DNA of 64,000 bases from Chrysemys picta bellii (taxonomy: Eukaryota): assembly GCF_011386835.1 (NCBI RefSeq), contig NC_088791.1, positions 353,462,001 through 353,526,000 on the forward strand, written 5' to 3'. The notes under the pieces were generated by a model. The model saw only the letters and a program-made list of their open reading frames with translations. It was not told the DNA's origin and ran no database searches. Below, piece by piece: positions 33,932 to 46,496 of the stretch. Both the position numbers and the translations under genes were made by a program. Position 1 is the stretch's first letter. Each line of letters opens with the position of its first letter.

Positions 33932-35428
33932 CCGTGGTTCTCAAACTTTTGTAATGGTGACTCCTTTCGCATAGCAAACCTCACCCCCCTAATAAATTAA
34001 AAACACTTTTTTATAGATGCAAGCAGAGTCAGGATGAGCTCCATCCTGACATCTGGTGGTGAATTATGGCGAGTGTGGAAAAGAACTCCAGGGGCTGATC
34101 TTGTTTGCATAGGCACACCCACTCGCCTAGCCTGGGACAACAACAACTGAAAGTGGTTACTTTGGCTGGTGTGGGATCCCCAGTTTCTTTGTTATTGGGG
34201 CAGGGAGAATAAAGTTTTGTTACCCTGATTCTGTGAATCAAGGCCAGTGGAACTGTTGTATGACAGAAGGACTGAGTGAGTCCTTCACCATTACCTTAGT
34301 AGCACTTGCTTTACAAGGGGCATGGGTTACAAAACACAGTGAATTCAGAGATGTGGATAGATATTTATACCTGAGAGTATGTGTCCCCCTCTGAGGGCTT
34401 GAAACACCAATTGAAACATCTTCTCTCTCCACTGTTCAATGTAAGAGCTAGCTTTGATTCCATTAGGAGTCTAGTTACAGGCTGCTGAGCTGAATTCACT
34501 TTGGGCCAATAGTGCACTAGGGCTCCCCTACTCTGAGCTGAAATCACACAAGAGTTAAGGTTATTTAGTGGGGGAGCCTGAAGCTATATTGCTAAGCAGC
34601 TGGTGGAGCAATTTGTGGGGACGACTGGAGGAGCAGTGAGCAGTGCGGAGCCTTGTGGGGGCGGTTGGAGTGGCCCAAGGAATGGCGAGCGGAGCTGTTT
34701 GCGGGGACGGCTGGAGTGGCTCACAGGTCGCAGAGCGGAGCAGCTTGTAGAGCAGAGCAGTTTGTGGGACGGCAGGAAGTGGACTGGCTCGTGGTGAAGG
34801 CTGCGGCGGAACCCCACGGAGAGACGGCCGGCCGGCCTCAGATCACATAAAGTGCCCCATAACACCCTGCGTGCCCCCCTTTTACTCTGGGGCTGCACTG
34901 ACCAGGAAGAGAGACTTTGGGGGTGTTGGATTTTGGGGACTCTGGGTGATTTTTGGGTTGCTGGATTCAAGAACCAAAGGGAAAGGACACGGCCCACTTT
35001 GCTGGGGTGGGTTTTTTTTTTGCTCATGGTTTGTGTTATGAATCCTGTTTGTGGTGTTTTTCCAATTTAATGCTGATGTCGTTTACCTCATGTTATTAAA
35101 CATTTTCTGCTACACTCAGACTCGGTGCTTGCGAGAGGGGAAGTATTGCCTCTTAGAGGCACCCAGGGGGTGGTATGTAATTGTCCCACGTCACTGGGTG
35201 GGGGCTCGAGCCGGTTTTGCATTGTGTTATTGAAACGGAACCCCTAGATATAGAACCCGGCCCTTGTTGCTGCCAACTTAGATGGGCAAAAGGGTTACAT
35301 ATATTTAACACCATTATAAATGCTGGAGGCAAAGCAGGGTTTGGGATGGAGGCTGACAGCTCACGACCTCCTATGTAATAAACTCGTGACCGCCTGAGGG
35401 GTCTCGACCCCCAGTTTGAGAACCCATG
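33932..35428. mobile_element. hAT-Charlie-type MITE split by LTR-B
   Basis: Ends CCGTGGTTCTCAAACT / AGTTTGAGAACCCATG; 8-bp TSD CTCCAAAG / CTCCAGAG (7/8); paralog at 47087-48594. Confidence 0.85.
34018..35299. mobile_element. Solo LTR (LTR-B), ~1.28 kb
   Basis: TGCAAGCAGAG...GGGTTACA termini; 4-bp TSD TAGA / TATA (3/4); paralog at 47173-48466. Confidence 0.8.
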
Positions 35429-37390
35429 CTCCAGAGGTTAGAAGCAGAACTGAAAACAAAACGGAGGGTTTCTCAGGGCCTTTTATATTCTTTACCCTGT
35501 GGAAGGACCCCTTTTGTTCTTACTGTGGAAAATACAGCAGCAAGATAGACCTTGGAGTCACATGGGCAAGTCACATGTCCATGCATGACTCAGTTTGCAG
35601 GCCGACACCATTGTTTACATGTTAGTTTGAACGTTCCCAGGAAAGCTCAGATGTGGATTGGCGTCTGGCAAAGTCCATTCTCAGTTAAGTGTTTCTTGAT
35701 TGGGCACTTACTGAGACTAGTCGTTTCTCAAGAAGCTGACCAAATGCTTTACTGAGGCTACTTACAATCAAAACACATTGAGATACAAGTACATAGTCAA
35801 TATTCATAACTTCAACTACAAAAAAGTTACACATATACCGATAGCATAAACATAAGCAAATCATAATCTTTTCATAGACAACTCACACAACAACCTTTGT
35901 ACAATATTTGCTGCAAATATATAACAATGGTTGTAACAATGATCTATACGGTCATTGTTTTTGTCAATAATGTCACAGCAGGACCTGCTCACAGAATCTG
36001 GCAAGACCAGGGCCAATATTGCAGAAATACACATTCCTAAGAAATCATTGTTTCTACTACGGTTATGCAATATCAACAAATCTTGTACAAAGTATATCCT
36101 GTCAGATGTGAATGGGAAAGTTATGATTTGCTAGTTATGACTATCCTGTTTATATGCATGTATCATCTTTGTGTCTGAAGTTATGATGAATGGTGATGTA
36201 CTGGTATCAGAGGACCAGTGCCAGTTCGTGGCCAGAGCAATGGTGTTGGGGGGTCAGGACTCCCGGTTCCTATTCTCAGCCCTACCACCTACTCATTGTG
36301 TGGCCTTGGGTAAAACACTTTACCTCTGCATGGCTCAGTCCGTCCATGACATGGGGATCATACTGCTAGCAGCCTAGATAAAGAGATTGTAGATGTAGTG
36401 ATCAAAAGCATCACACAGAGCGAATGTTAGACTCAGCTTCACTGTTCAGCTTCAGCCCCTGGGCAATGGGTGCCCTGTAGCTCCAGATACGGTGCTGTGT
36501 AATTGTGTAAATAGCCGGCTAATGGCAGCTGTGCCGTTTATCTCCCTCCCTGTGAGCTACCAACACCACCCCGGCCTCTGCCCAGCATCCCGCCTTCCCA
36601 GCTAACACAGGGGCTTGTCCTTCCACCTCTCTCAGCTGCTGTCCTCCTAGCTTCAAAGCTAATCCCTTGCATGGCCCCCAAGGCCTGACTCAGGGCAAAG
36701 GGCTCCCAGCCCATCCCCATTGCAGGGACCCTGCCTGCTACAGGCTCCCAGACGGGAGTAACAAAAGGGGTCGGAAAGCTAAAGAAATAAGGCACACAAT
36801 GGTCTCTTCACTCAGGACTTTGTAGGCAAGCTTTAGGGCCCACAAGCTGTATGAGGCACAATCTCACCCACCAGCCACTCAACCTGCTCCCAACCCTCAG
36901 CTGCTTTATGTGATTTCCTGGTGTCCCTCTCCACTCCTGACTGGCCTGTGGGCCCCAGCACTGCTTGCTGCTGCACTCCCTGCAGGCTCCTTGTCAGGCT
37001 GCAGCAGATCCTGTCTCAGCCCCAGAGCAGAGGGAACTCAGCTGGTGAGGGAGACTCAGCGAGTGACGGGGGGAGAAGAGGAGTGAGCGAGAGGGTCAGC
37101 GCCTTGCGGGGAAAAGCTCAGAAGTGGGTGGAGCCTTGAGATGAGATGTGGAGCAGAAGCTGGGCATTGGAGGGAGAGGCAGGGCAGGGGGCAGGACATC
37201 AGGGGTCCAGTTACCAGAAATCAGAAAGGAGGCAACCCTATGAGTTAACGAGTTGTACACAGACCCATTCCCCAGTTTGTCACACTGACAAGCACACTAA
37301 TGTCAGGAAATGATTTAATGTCTCTCACTGACCCAGCACCAACTCACCACCCAGATCTGCACGGAACTTGGTCTGAGAGCCAGAGCACTT

Positions 37391-38350
37391 TTAAGAGAAA
37401 AACTTAGTCTCTTTATGAGTAATGAGCCGGAGAAGCCTGTCCCGGATCTGTTTGGTCCTCACACCATAGATAATAGGGTTTATCATGGGGGGCATGAGGA
37501 GGTATACATTGCCAATGAGAACGTGGAAATGTAGAGGCACATTGTGGCCAAAACGGTACGTGAGGAAGGAGAAGAGAGCTGGGACATAAAAGGCTAAGAT
37601 GGCGCAGAGGTGGGAGCCGCAGGTCCCAAAAGTCTTGAGCCGGGCATCATTTGTGGGGAGGCTGAAGATGGCCCTGAGGATCTGGATATAGGACACAGTG
37701 ATAAAAAATACATCCACACCGATCACAAAGAATACCACAAATAGGCCGTAGTAACTAGTGACGTGTATGTCACCACAGGCCAGCTTCATCACAGCCATGT
37801 GTTCGCAGTTCGTGTGGGGAATGATGTTTGTTCTGCAATATGGCCACTGACTTGCCAGGAGGAAAGAGGGCAGTATGATGATGCCACCACGCAGTACCAC
37901 GGCTAGGCCGATATTAGCCACCACACAGTTTCTCATGGTGGTGGAATGTCTCAGGGGGTGGCAGATGGCCACGTAACGATCCAAAGCCATGGCCACAAAG
38001 AACCCAGACTCCATCACTGAGAAGCAGTGAAGGAAGTACATCTGGGTGAGGCAGGCACTGAAATCTATTTCCCTCAAATTAAACCAGAAAATGATCAGCG
38101 TTTTGGGCAGGATGGACGTGGACAGGACCAGGTCGGTGACTGCCAGCATGCAGAGGAAATAGTACATGGGCACATGGAGGCTCGGCTCCATCTTTACGAT
38201 GGACAGGATGGTGAGGTTCCCCAAGATGGCTATGATGTACATGGTGCAGAAGGGGATGGAGATCCAGACATGGGCTGCCTCCAGGCCAGGAATGCCCAGC
38301 AGGATGAAGGTGGAGGGGTTGGTGAAGTCGGTTCTATTGGAATCTGACAT
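37391..38350 (-). CDS. Class I olfactory receptor, OR52-like (gene 3), 319 aa
   Basis: Intact ORF with MALDRYVAICHPLRH, CEHMA, KTFGTCGSHL, TYRFG and NPIIYGVRTKQIR. Confidence 0.94.
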   Translation of the reverse strand: MSDSNRTDFTNPSTFILLGIPGLEAAHVWISIPFCTMYIIAILGNLTILSIVKMEPSLHVPMYYFLCMLAVTDLVLSTSILPKTLIIFWFNLREIDFSACLTQMYFLHCFSVMESGFFVAMALDRYVAICHPLRHSTTMRNCVVANIGLAVVLRGGIIILPSFLLASQWPYCRTNIIPHTNCEHMAVMKLACGDIHVTSYYGLFVVFFVIGVDVFFITVSYIQILRAIFSLPTNDARLKTFGTCGSHLCAILAFYVPALFSFLTYRFGHNVPLHFHVLIGNVYLLMPPMINPIIYGVRTKQIRDRLLRLITHKETKFFS

Positions 38351-39556
38351 GGAGTAGGGGAGAAGGTGTCCAACTCTGAGGCAGAACGGTGTCTCCTGCA
38401 TGTACTGTATGTTCCTCTGATTTCTTGTATGTGCCCAGGGTCTAGGGTGATGGTTGCAATAGAAATGCCTGGATGGAGAGACAAATGTTAGTATGAGACA
38501 CTATATGCACTACTGGAGGCCGTTCTCATCAGATAAATGAATTATGAAACACTGACCCTACTAATGCCAATTCCATATTTTATGGTGCTCCATGTGTCAA
38601 TAATTCCTACATATTATGGTGTGGGAATCCTTAGTGGGCACCAGCAGAACCCAGAGTGTGGATACTGGTATCCATAATTCTTCCTTAATGAATGAATACC
38701 AGGCTAGAGATCCCATGCTGCAGGGAGTTCCCTATTTAACCGGTTGCTCAAAATCTGAGAGTGGAAAAAAACCAAAGCTTTGCCAATACATGTACTGGGG
38801 GAAACATCCCAGCTAGACCAAGCATCAGGGAAAAGTCCTGGGCGTCATTGATAGAAGCTCCACAGAAACACCTGTTCATTTGCAGTACTGATAAAAGAAA
38901 GAGAATATTCTCAGACCTAAGAAATGGGATGGAGAATAACCTGCTCTGGACACGCGCTCAGTTGTGGTCACTCAGTCTCTATAAAGGATACAGCAGAAAG
39001 AAAGGGGATTTCCGAGACAGGCTTTCAGAATGGGGGAGGCTGTGGAATGTGGGCAGCCTGAAAGTCTGGGACTGTTTAGTTTAGAGAAAAGACAAAAAGG
39101 GGGGATAGGATAGAGGAGAGGAAAATAAACGATAGAAGTGATTATGTTCAAATGGACAAACAGAGAACAGTTCCCAACCAGTAATATCCTTAGACACTTT
39201 GTGCTTCCCCAAATATGAGGCAAATTATCAGCAAAATGGATTGGGAGGAAAAAATTAGACAGAAAACTGGGAAGGAAAAGAGGAAATTTTATTGGAAGCA
39301 TTTGTTACATAACTAGAAAGTCACAATTCCAAAGTCAAGGAAGTGGACAACTCTGTCTAAAAACCTGGTTTAGTGACAAACTGAAGGCAGCTATTAGGGG
39401 TGGGGAAAGCAATATATAACACATGGGAAACAGGGACATAGATAGCAAGCAATACAACTTATGAACACTGATAAAGGACGTTAGAGACATCAGGGAAAAA
39501 CCCATGCTTGGCAGGGCTAAGGATCACAAAAAGCAGGTTATTAAGTATATTAAGAA

Positions 39557-39914
39557 GGGGGGATTTGATAGCAGCCTTCAACTACCTGAAGGGGGGTTCC
39601 AAAGAGGATGGAGCTCGGCTGTTCTCGGTGGCAGACGACAGAACAAGGAGCAATGGTCTCAAGTTGCAGTGGGGGAGGTCCAGGTTGGATATCAGGAAAA
39701 ACTATTTCACTAGGAGGGTGGTGAAACACTGGAATGCGTTACCTAGGGAGGTGGTGGAGTCTCCTTCCTTGGAGGTTTTTAAGGCCCGGCTTGACAAAGC
39801 CCTGGCTGGGATGATTTAGCTGGGAATTGGTCCTGCTTTGAGCAGGGGGTTGGACTAGATGACCTCTTGAGGTCCCTTCCAACTCTGATATTCTATGATT
39901 CTATGATTCTATGA
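39557..39914 (+). mobile_element. Young 5'-truncated CR1 (358 bp)
   Basis: [15 protein letters not shown]...[23 protein letters not shown] is open; (ATTCTATG)x3 tail; 6-bp TSD TAAGAA at 39551-39556 and 39915-39920. The empty site is at ~52715. Confidence 0.95.
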
Positions 39915-41331
39915 TAAGAACAAAAGAAATCCGAGAAAAGGTTTAGGCCAATTCCTAGAGAGAGAAAGGAAACTTGCTAATGTTGCAGGAAAGGTAGATG
40001 TGTTCAATACTTAGGCTAATACAAGCAATTCCCTTAGTGAGCTCTTCAGTGACAGATGGGTACCTGTGAAGTCTGAGACAGAAGTATCTTCCCTGGGAAT
40101 CCCCCTCAGGTAGCCGTGTCCCACACCTCTCTCACCCCAGCATCTGCAGCAACATCCCACGCCGAGAGCTGATACAGTGGTGAGCACTGTTTATAACAGA
40201 GCTCTGTGCAATCCCAGGGTAATTCGCTCAGCCTCTAGGGGCGAAGCGGCATCTGGATGTAAACAGGCTGGACACTGGAGACACTCTAGCCAATGACTCT
40301 CTTTCCATGTCTGTGATTCTGTGCTCTTTATCCAGCTTTAGGAGTAAACGGTAATTAAGGGACCTTCCCAAAGGGAGATGAGAACTTTGGGCTCTGTGAT
40401 GAGTCAGAGAGGAATTGGCTGCTCTGTGAATTTGTGTATATTTAACAATTATAGAGTATGAGTAAGAGAATTAGGGATAATACCTAGGTCTCTTCCAACC
40501 CTAATCTCCTATGATTCTATGGCCTTGTGGATGGTCAGCACCTGTGATAGTCAGGACGCTTTGGGTTCCTAAACATGCATGGATGTGCACCTAGCCCAGG
40601 ATCCTGGCTCTGACAGTGGCTGAACCCAGATGCTTCAGAGTAAGATGTGAGTAACTAGGCAGATGAGGGATATTCTACTCCCCACCCCTAGTAACTGTTC
40701 TTAATCTCTAAAACAGATCTGGATATCTAGTTCCAAATAGAACTAGATACGTTCATGGAGGATAGGTCCATCCCTTGCTATTAGCGAGGACGGACTGGGA
40801 TGGTGTTCCCAGTCTCTCCTTGCTAGAACCTCGGAATGGGCATTAGGGGATGGATCACTTGGTGGTTACCTGTTCTGTTCTTTCCCTCTGGGGCACCTGG
40901 CATTAACCACTTTTGGAAGACAGGATACTAGATGGACCTTTGGTCTGACCCAGTGTGGCCGTTCTTATGTTCTTATGAGAAAGTGGCCTGAGGGGAGACA
41001 TGAGCACTTTCTGCAGGCACACGAGGCTGTCGCTAAGGGCTCAGAGCCCAGTAATTCTCACCAGTAACTATCATCATACCATGCAGCACCTTTCATTGAA
41101 GGATCTTCAAAATACTTAGCAAGAGGAAGTCACTATGAACATAACTCCATTACACAGATAGGTAAACTGAGGCAAAGGAGATGTGACCTAGCCAAGGTCA
41201 CAGAGAGAATGACAGACAGAACGCAGGAGTCCTGGCTTGCCTACTGTAGCCACCATTTCTTCGTCAATAACTGAGCGCATGAAAAGAAGGAAATGGCCTC
41301 ATGCTGTAGCAGGGCCTGTTCTTTGGGTGGA

Positions 41332-44286
41332 TGTGATGGATTTCCCTGCGGTGCTACTTGAACTGGGGGACCACTGACCACTCTGGCATACTGATCTGGG
41401 ATCCATCTCATACTGTGATGCTGTGACATGCTGCAATCATCTCCAGTTCTTGCACTTACACAGCCATACACGGACAGGGACATGACTGCTTTCACGAGCC
41501 ACTCATGAACCAACAAGAGCGGCTCCTGCTAATTTATCCTGGTTCTCCAGCCTAGGACCACAGAGGTGTATCATCACGCCATGGTTAGAAGCCTAACCAG
41601 TGTAAGTTTATTACTCAGTCTGCCCCTCCCTCAATATGGAGAGGACAATGCACCAGCCCCTGTTCCTGAGCGTAATTCTATTTTGCATTTCAAATATTCA
41701 GGTGTTGCACAACATTGTATTGTTACCCGCATTTGTTATTGCACAGTTCTGTGTACCTTTTAACACTTTGAACATCAGCCTAGTGATCTCAAAAGTCAGG
41801 AAGTGTGCCTTCTCTGGGTCGCTAGAAAACCACACTTTGTATCTGTGCTGCATTGTTAACTATTGTGCTTTTCCCACTGGTAAGAACTCAATACAGATAT
41901 TCATGAATGTCATGCGGTGGTATGCCTCAGTCTCCCTTTCCCCAAAGCAGACCAGGTTTATTATGGTTTCCCTTCTGTGACAAGCTTTGAGCCTGTTTAC
42001 AGGTGTTAGCTGAGAAGCAGTATCCCCCTAGAGCTTCTTGTTTACTACACCTACCATACGTAAAAGCTTTTCACAAAAATCAGACATGTTACACCTTTTC
42101 ATAGGATTTAGCATCAGTACCAAACTCTTCGTTATAAGTTTTACCATTAGCAACAATCTTTTCATTGTGAGATGGAGCAACACCACCAAATCTTTTATCA
42201 CAGTTAGGCATTTCTACGTGTTTTTATTTTACCACGGCTTCTGCTTGGACAGTTTGTTTGTTCAATACCCATTCTGTATTTCAACTTCTCCCGTAACCTT
42301 CACATGTGTTTAGTTACTGGTTTTCTTTTCCCCTCTGTGTCCTCCACAGTCAAAGGTCATTTTCGGGGTCTTGTTATGCCAGGGTCTGGTGAGATAAGGA
42401 TCTAAGGAGACTTTGCATGTTGACTAGCCCTCTGTGGAGCTGCTTCCCAATCTCAGGGTTATGTTTATGCAAAAAATCCACCAACATCCCTCTCTCCCTC
42501 TTTCCCTTTGATCCCAATTCCCAGCACTGGGGCCTTGCCCACCCACCCCTTTCCTAGCGGCTTGTGATCTGTGCTCTCTGGGATAAGAGATGTGTCTTCT
42601 CCAAGCAGCTCTTTCACAACTGTTTTGTGTGTCTTACCATCCCAAGGAATTACCTCTTCCCCTCGGTGTGATGTTTCATTAGCATTTTAACGAACAATTA
42701 CCTCTTCAGTAGGATCTACAAAATCACAATCCGAGTTCTATAAACTAGACAGGATTTGAATCAAGCATTGTCTTACCCTGATGGTACAAACAGTTCACCA
42801 GTCTTCCATACACATGCCTTGATTTCTCCTTGCCAGCCTGGAACCCCCTCCTCGGTCAAAGTCTTTTCCCTCTAACCATGTTTTCAGGTGTTGAGTAAGG
42901 GGGCGGGAGGGAATGAGACCAAGTGGTGATGTCACTTCCCCTTTTATAATTTCTGCCATGTGGAGGGAACTTGGTTGTCCCCAAAAAAGATCCCAGCACA
43001 GTAAGTGGAAAAGTACAGGCACAGGATGGAGGCCAGTGTCAGATGAGCTGGTCAAATGAATTTGCATGCTTCAGTGAGTCATAGCAGGGGCCATAACCAA
43101 CATTCTGGCTAGAACGTCCACAGGAAAGTCCATCAGGTGGGGATAAACGTCTTCCATGGCCCATTGTGTTCATTGACGGGCCATGCTCCCTACCCTGCCC
43201 TATCACACATGACATCATCCTTGTCTTTTACCCCTTTTATCCTTACCCAGAGACTTTCAACAAGTCTGTCTCCTATTTCATTCACAACCTCAGTGAAAGT
43301 GTATATTTATGAAACTTTTGTATCACACACAGCATCTCAAAGGTAGTGAAGTATTCAGCAATATCACCTGCCTCATTGCATGCAGGACACAGCTGTTCCC
43401 ATCTGTGGATTTTTGGAGAGGTGGGAATCAGTGGAGTGGGAGGGTTCTGGTTCTACTTTCCCAGCAAGTCCAATTGGTGTTTCCAATCTCCCACTTTCTC
43501 CTCAATTTCTTGTTGTTTTAGTTCCATAGACGTCCTGTGTTCAGCCTCCTCTCTGGCAGCGTCTCTCTGCTTTAGCTCCAAAATTCTCCTATGTTCTTTT
43601 TCTACTGCCTGCAATCGGAATAGCTCCAATTTCACAGTTGTTTCTCTTTTCCCTCATCTTACTTCTTTTCTGTCCCTACATCCCATTCCCGAAATAAGAA
43701 ACAGGAAGGAACAAACTGGTAACCACTTTCACTGACTTACAGCCGCCACACTTAACGTCTCACTTAGAATCTCCACATCCGTGTATCAAGTGCAAATCTC
43801 TCGCAGAACAAGAAGTTGTGCATTTCACACTGCTTGCTGCACCACTGTGACGGACTTCCCCAGGGTGCATCCTGGAACTGGAGTACCGCTGAGCCCACTG
43901 GCATACCAGTCTGGGCCCCCTCTCACACAGTGATAATGTGAAAAGCTGCAAACCCCTGCAGGTCCTGCACTCACACAAACATTCTCAGGAAGGGACATAC
44001 CCAGCAGAGTTACATGAATGTTTTTTGCCAGTCACTCAGGAACCAACAATAAAGAGGCTCCAGCCAATTTCCCCCATATCCCCAGCCTAGGACCTCAGAG
44101 CTGTACCATCTTGTCCTGGTCAGAAACCTGACCAGTGTAAGTTTATTACCCAGTCTTCCCCTCCCTCGATATGGAAAGGATAACGCACCAGCCCTTGTTC
44201 TTGAACAGTACAAGCTTTATTGCAATTATATAACAGTGGTAAATTTGGGATTGCCAGGGTGTTACTTTGGGGTACAGTGTGTCAGA
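41332..44286 (-). mobile_element. Deleted Gypsy-type provirus (unit 3-4 copy)
   Basis: Paralog of 29208-31119 with the same LTR ends, PBS remnant and Gag N-terminus (43453-43635). Confidence 0.75.
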
Positions 44287-44319
44287 GCAATATATCTATA
44301 GAACTACAGCTCTCTGAGA

Positions 44320-45180
44320 TCTAATTTTGTATTTTTAAATAAGACATACACCCATGTCCTGAAAAAGACTGCATTCTGCTCTGTTCCACAGGAGGAAAGC
44401 AAGCCGAGGTACAGAGAAAAGGAAAATGAAAGAGTGTTTTCCCCGCTACCCATCACACGCACAATACCTGACCCCCTGGAAATGTCCCCCTCACTTTCCT
44501 TGTTCAGCGAGTGTCACCTGCACTTTTTGTTTGTCAGACCTCCGCCTCACACACGTTACTGGATCAATAGACCTTTTGTAACAGTATTTGGGGGGCTATT
44601 CGTCCAATCAGTTATCAACATCATCATCTTCATGGCAAATCCCAGAGGAACGTAGCCTCCTTGCAAACCGGGCTCTTTCCGGATCGATCTTTGGAAAGCT
44701 GTTCACGGTTGTTAAGTTGTATATTGGTGTAGTGGCAGTCATATTGTGCCAACGACGTTTGGCACAAACATGATCACTGGCCTTGTAGTGGCATTCCTCA
44801 GTGTGCCCACTTCAGAATTCCTGGTCTTTCACTCTAGTAATGTGTCCCCAGCCTGAAAGCTGCCCAAACTGACACAGCTGATGAGAGCATTCGCTGGGTT
44901 CAGTATATGCTCACTCCTGAGCTTGTGCTACCCCTTGATACGGACCAGCTGCTGGAGACCACGCGCATTGAACATGTCAGTTCCTCAGCCTTCCTCAGCC
45001 CCCACATTTCGCTTCCATCAATGGGAGCCGGGGTCCCCCTTGTTCTGTAGATCTGCAGCTTTGTAGGAAGCCTGCTGCCAAGAAATCCCCACAACGGCTG
45101 CAGACGGGAACAGGGCAGCAGCTGCTCTTCCACAAACACCCACATCTTTTCAGCACCGTCCAGCCCTGTCTCTGAAGCTG
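44320..45180 (+). pseudogene. Highly decayed class I OR pseudogene (second copy)
   Basis: Paralog of 31150-32020; IIIFMANPRG and SLLSLCYPLIRT...RALN remnants. Confidence 0.58.
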
Positions 45181-46496
45181 CCACCTGCCCAGCAATCCCT
45201 CCAGACAAGTTCATGCCGAGGCTGGTTGCAGTTTGCAACTGCAGGCTGCTTGATGGTAATGACCAGGGTAGTTTTACCTGGATTCATAACCAGACTAATG
45301 TGCACTGCTTCTTGCCCAGCCAGATCAGTTCTCAGATGCAGCGATTCACAGCACTACACCTGCAACTGCCACTGACACTGATGGAATAACGGCTCCTAGG
45401 AATGGCCTCCCTCTCTCTGCCACAATTGTGCATACAATCGTATGTGCCAGTTACAAACACTTAAGGGGCTCTTTCCAAGGGAGAGACAATTCGTCTCCTT
45501 GATCCCAAACCAGCACTGCCTGGTTCAGGAAACATTTCCTTCAGGGATTCAGGGTGGATCAGGCCAGGAACCAGAGCACTCATGGAAACACCGAGGGCAG
45601 AGAAGAGTTGGCCACATTTGGGTGAAGATAACATCTTGTGGACACCTCCCCACTCAATCCCACTCCCCTTCCACTCACAGTCCCCTAGCATCCTTGTAGC
45701 AGCTCCAGGTTTGGGTTGCCTCGCTTAAGCTCCTAGAGGTGGACACCCCCCACGCAGCTGTGTTTGGGTCCCACACACTGGACCCATGTGCTTTGGAATC
45801 GTAGCAGCATTCAGGCCCTGTCTCTGGCTCTGGGTTTCTAGACCCACCATCGGGGTGAAGCTTCCATTCTAGCGCCTCTCTCTGGAAGTGGAGACCTGAA
45901 CACCAAGGTCCTGAGACTAGGTTTTTCTCAGCTCACCCAGACTGTCCAATTGCTTCAGCACACCCTTCCCAGAGCTCTCACGTGGGCTCATTCTGTTTCC
46001 AGTTTCTCTCCTTTGTGGCCCATGATTCCTGAAGGAAACACACCCAGGTTTTACAAAAGGGGTAGCTAAAACAATTCCTCTATTTTAGACAGCACAGGAG
46101 ATACCCAGATCCAGGTAAACACAATACAACACCTGTACACCATTCCTTGCCTCTGTTCCTCCACCACCCTGGAGCATTCTTTGAGATTTTGTCAGAGCCC
46201 TTTGGGGTTGAAACTCACAGCTTCTCCTCCAGCTGGAGTCTGTCTCTCTATTGCAGCCATAGCCCTGCAACCAAAAAGTCCCCTCTGCTGCCTGTGTGCC
46301 TCTCTCCTGCTTCTTCTGGCTCATCCAGTCTCTGTGTTTTTATGGGGCTGGACCAACACCTTCTCTTTGTGTTCCCTCTCCTGGGGAGGTTCTATTCCTT
46401 CCAAGCCCACCCCTCTGCAGAGAAGTTGGGGAAAATTGGCTTTATCTAGAATGCAGTTACTCCTTTCTTATGTCCAGGTGAGATCTTGTTCGGTGC

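Larger units (their letters stand above)
33343..35977. mobile_element. Solo LTR (LTR-A) hosting a nested MITE and LTR
   Basis: TGTAACG...TGTCACA termini; interrupted at 33932-35428; paralog at 46497-49143. Confidence 0.7.
27912..40013. repeat. Left copy of the youngest tandem segmental duplication (carries gene 3)
   Basis: Colinear with 40037-52814 at roughly 95% identity by eye. Both copies begin GTGAGCTCTTCAGTGACAG and end GATGTGTTCAATACTTA. Confidence 0.9.

Noticed and set aside
33478-36079. Many short ORFs apparently conserved between 33-36 kb and 46-49 kb
   Set aside because: They lie in LTR/MITE sequence, and the similarity reflects the recent duplication. Several are frameshifted between copies.
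38680-38725. TAATGA homeodomain-like site ~335 bp upstream of the ATG
   Set aside because: A 6-mer in AT-rich sequence, not conserved in gene 2 (TAATGC), with no convincing adjacent O/E site.
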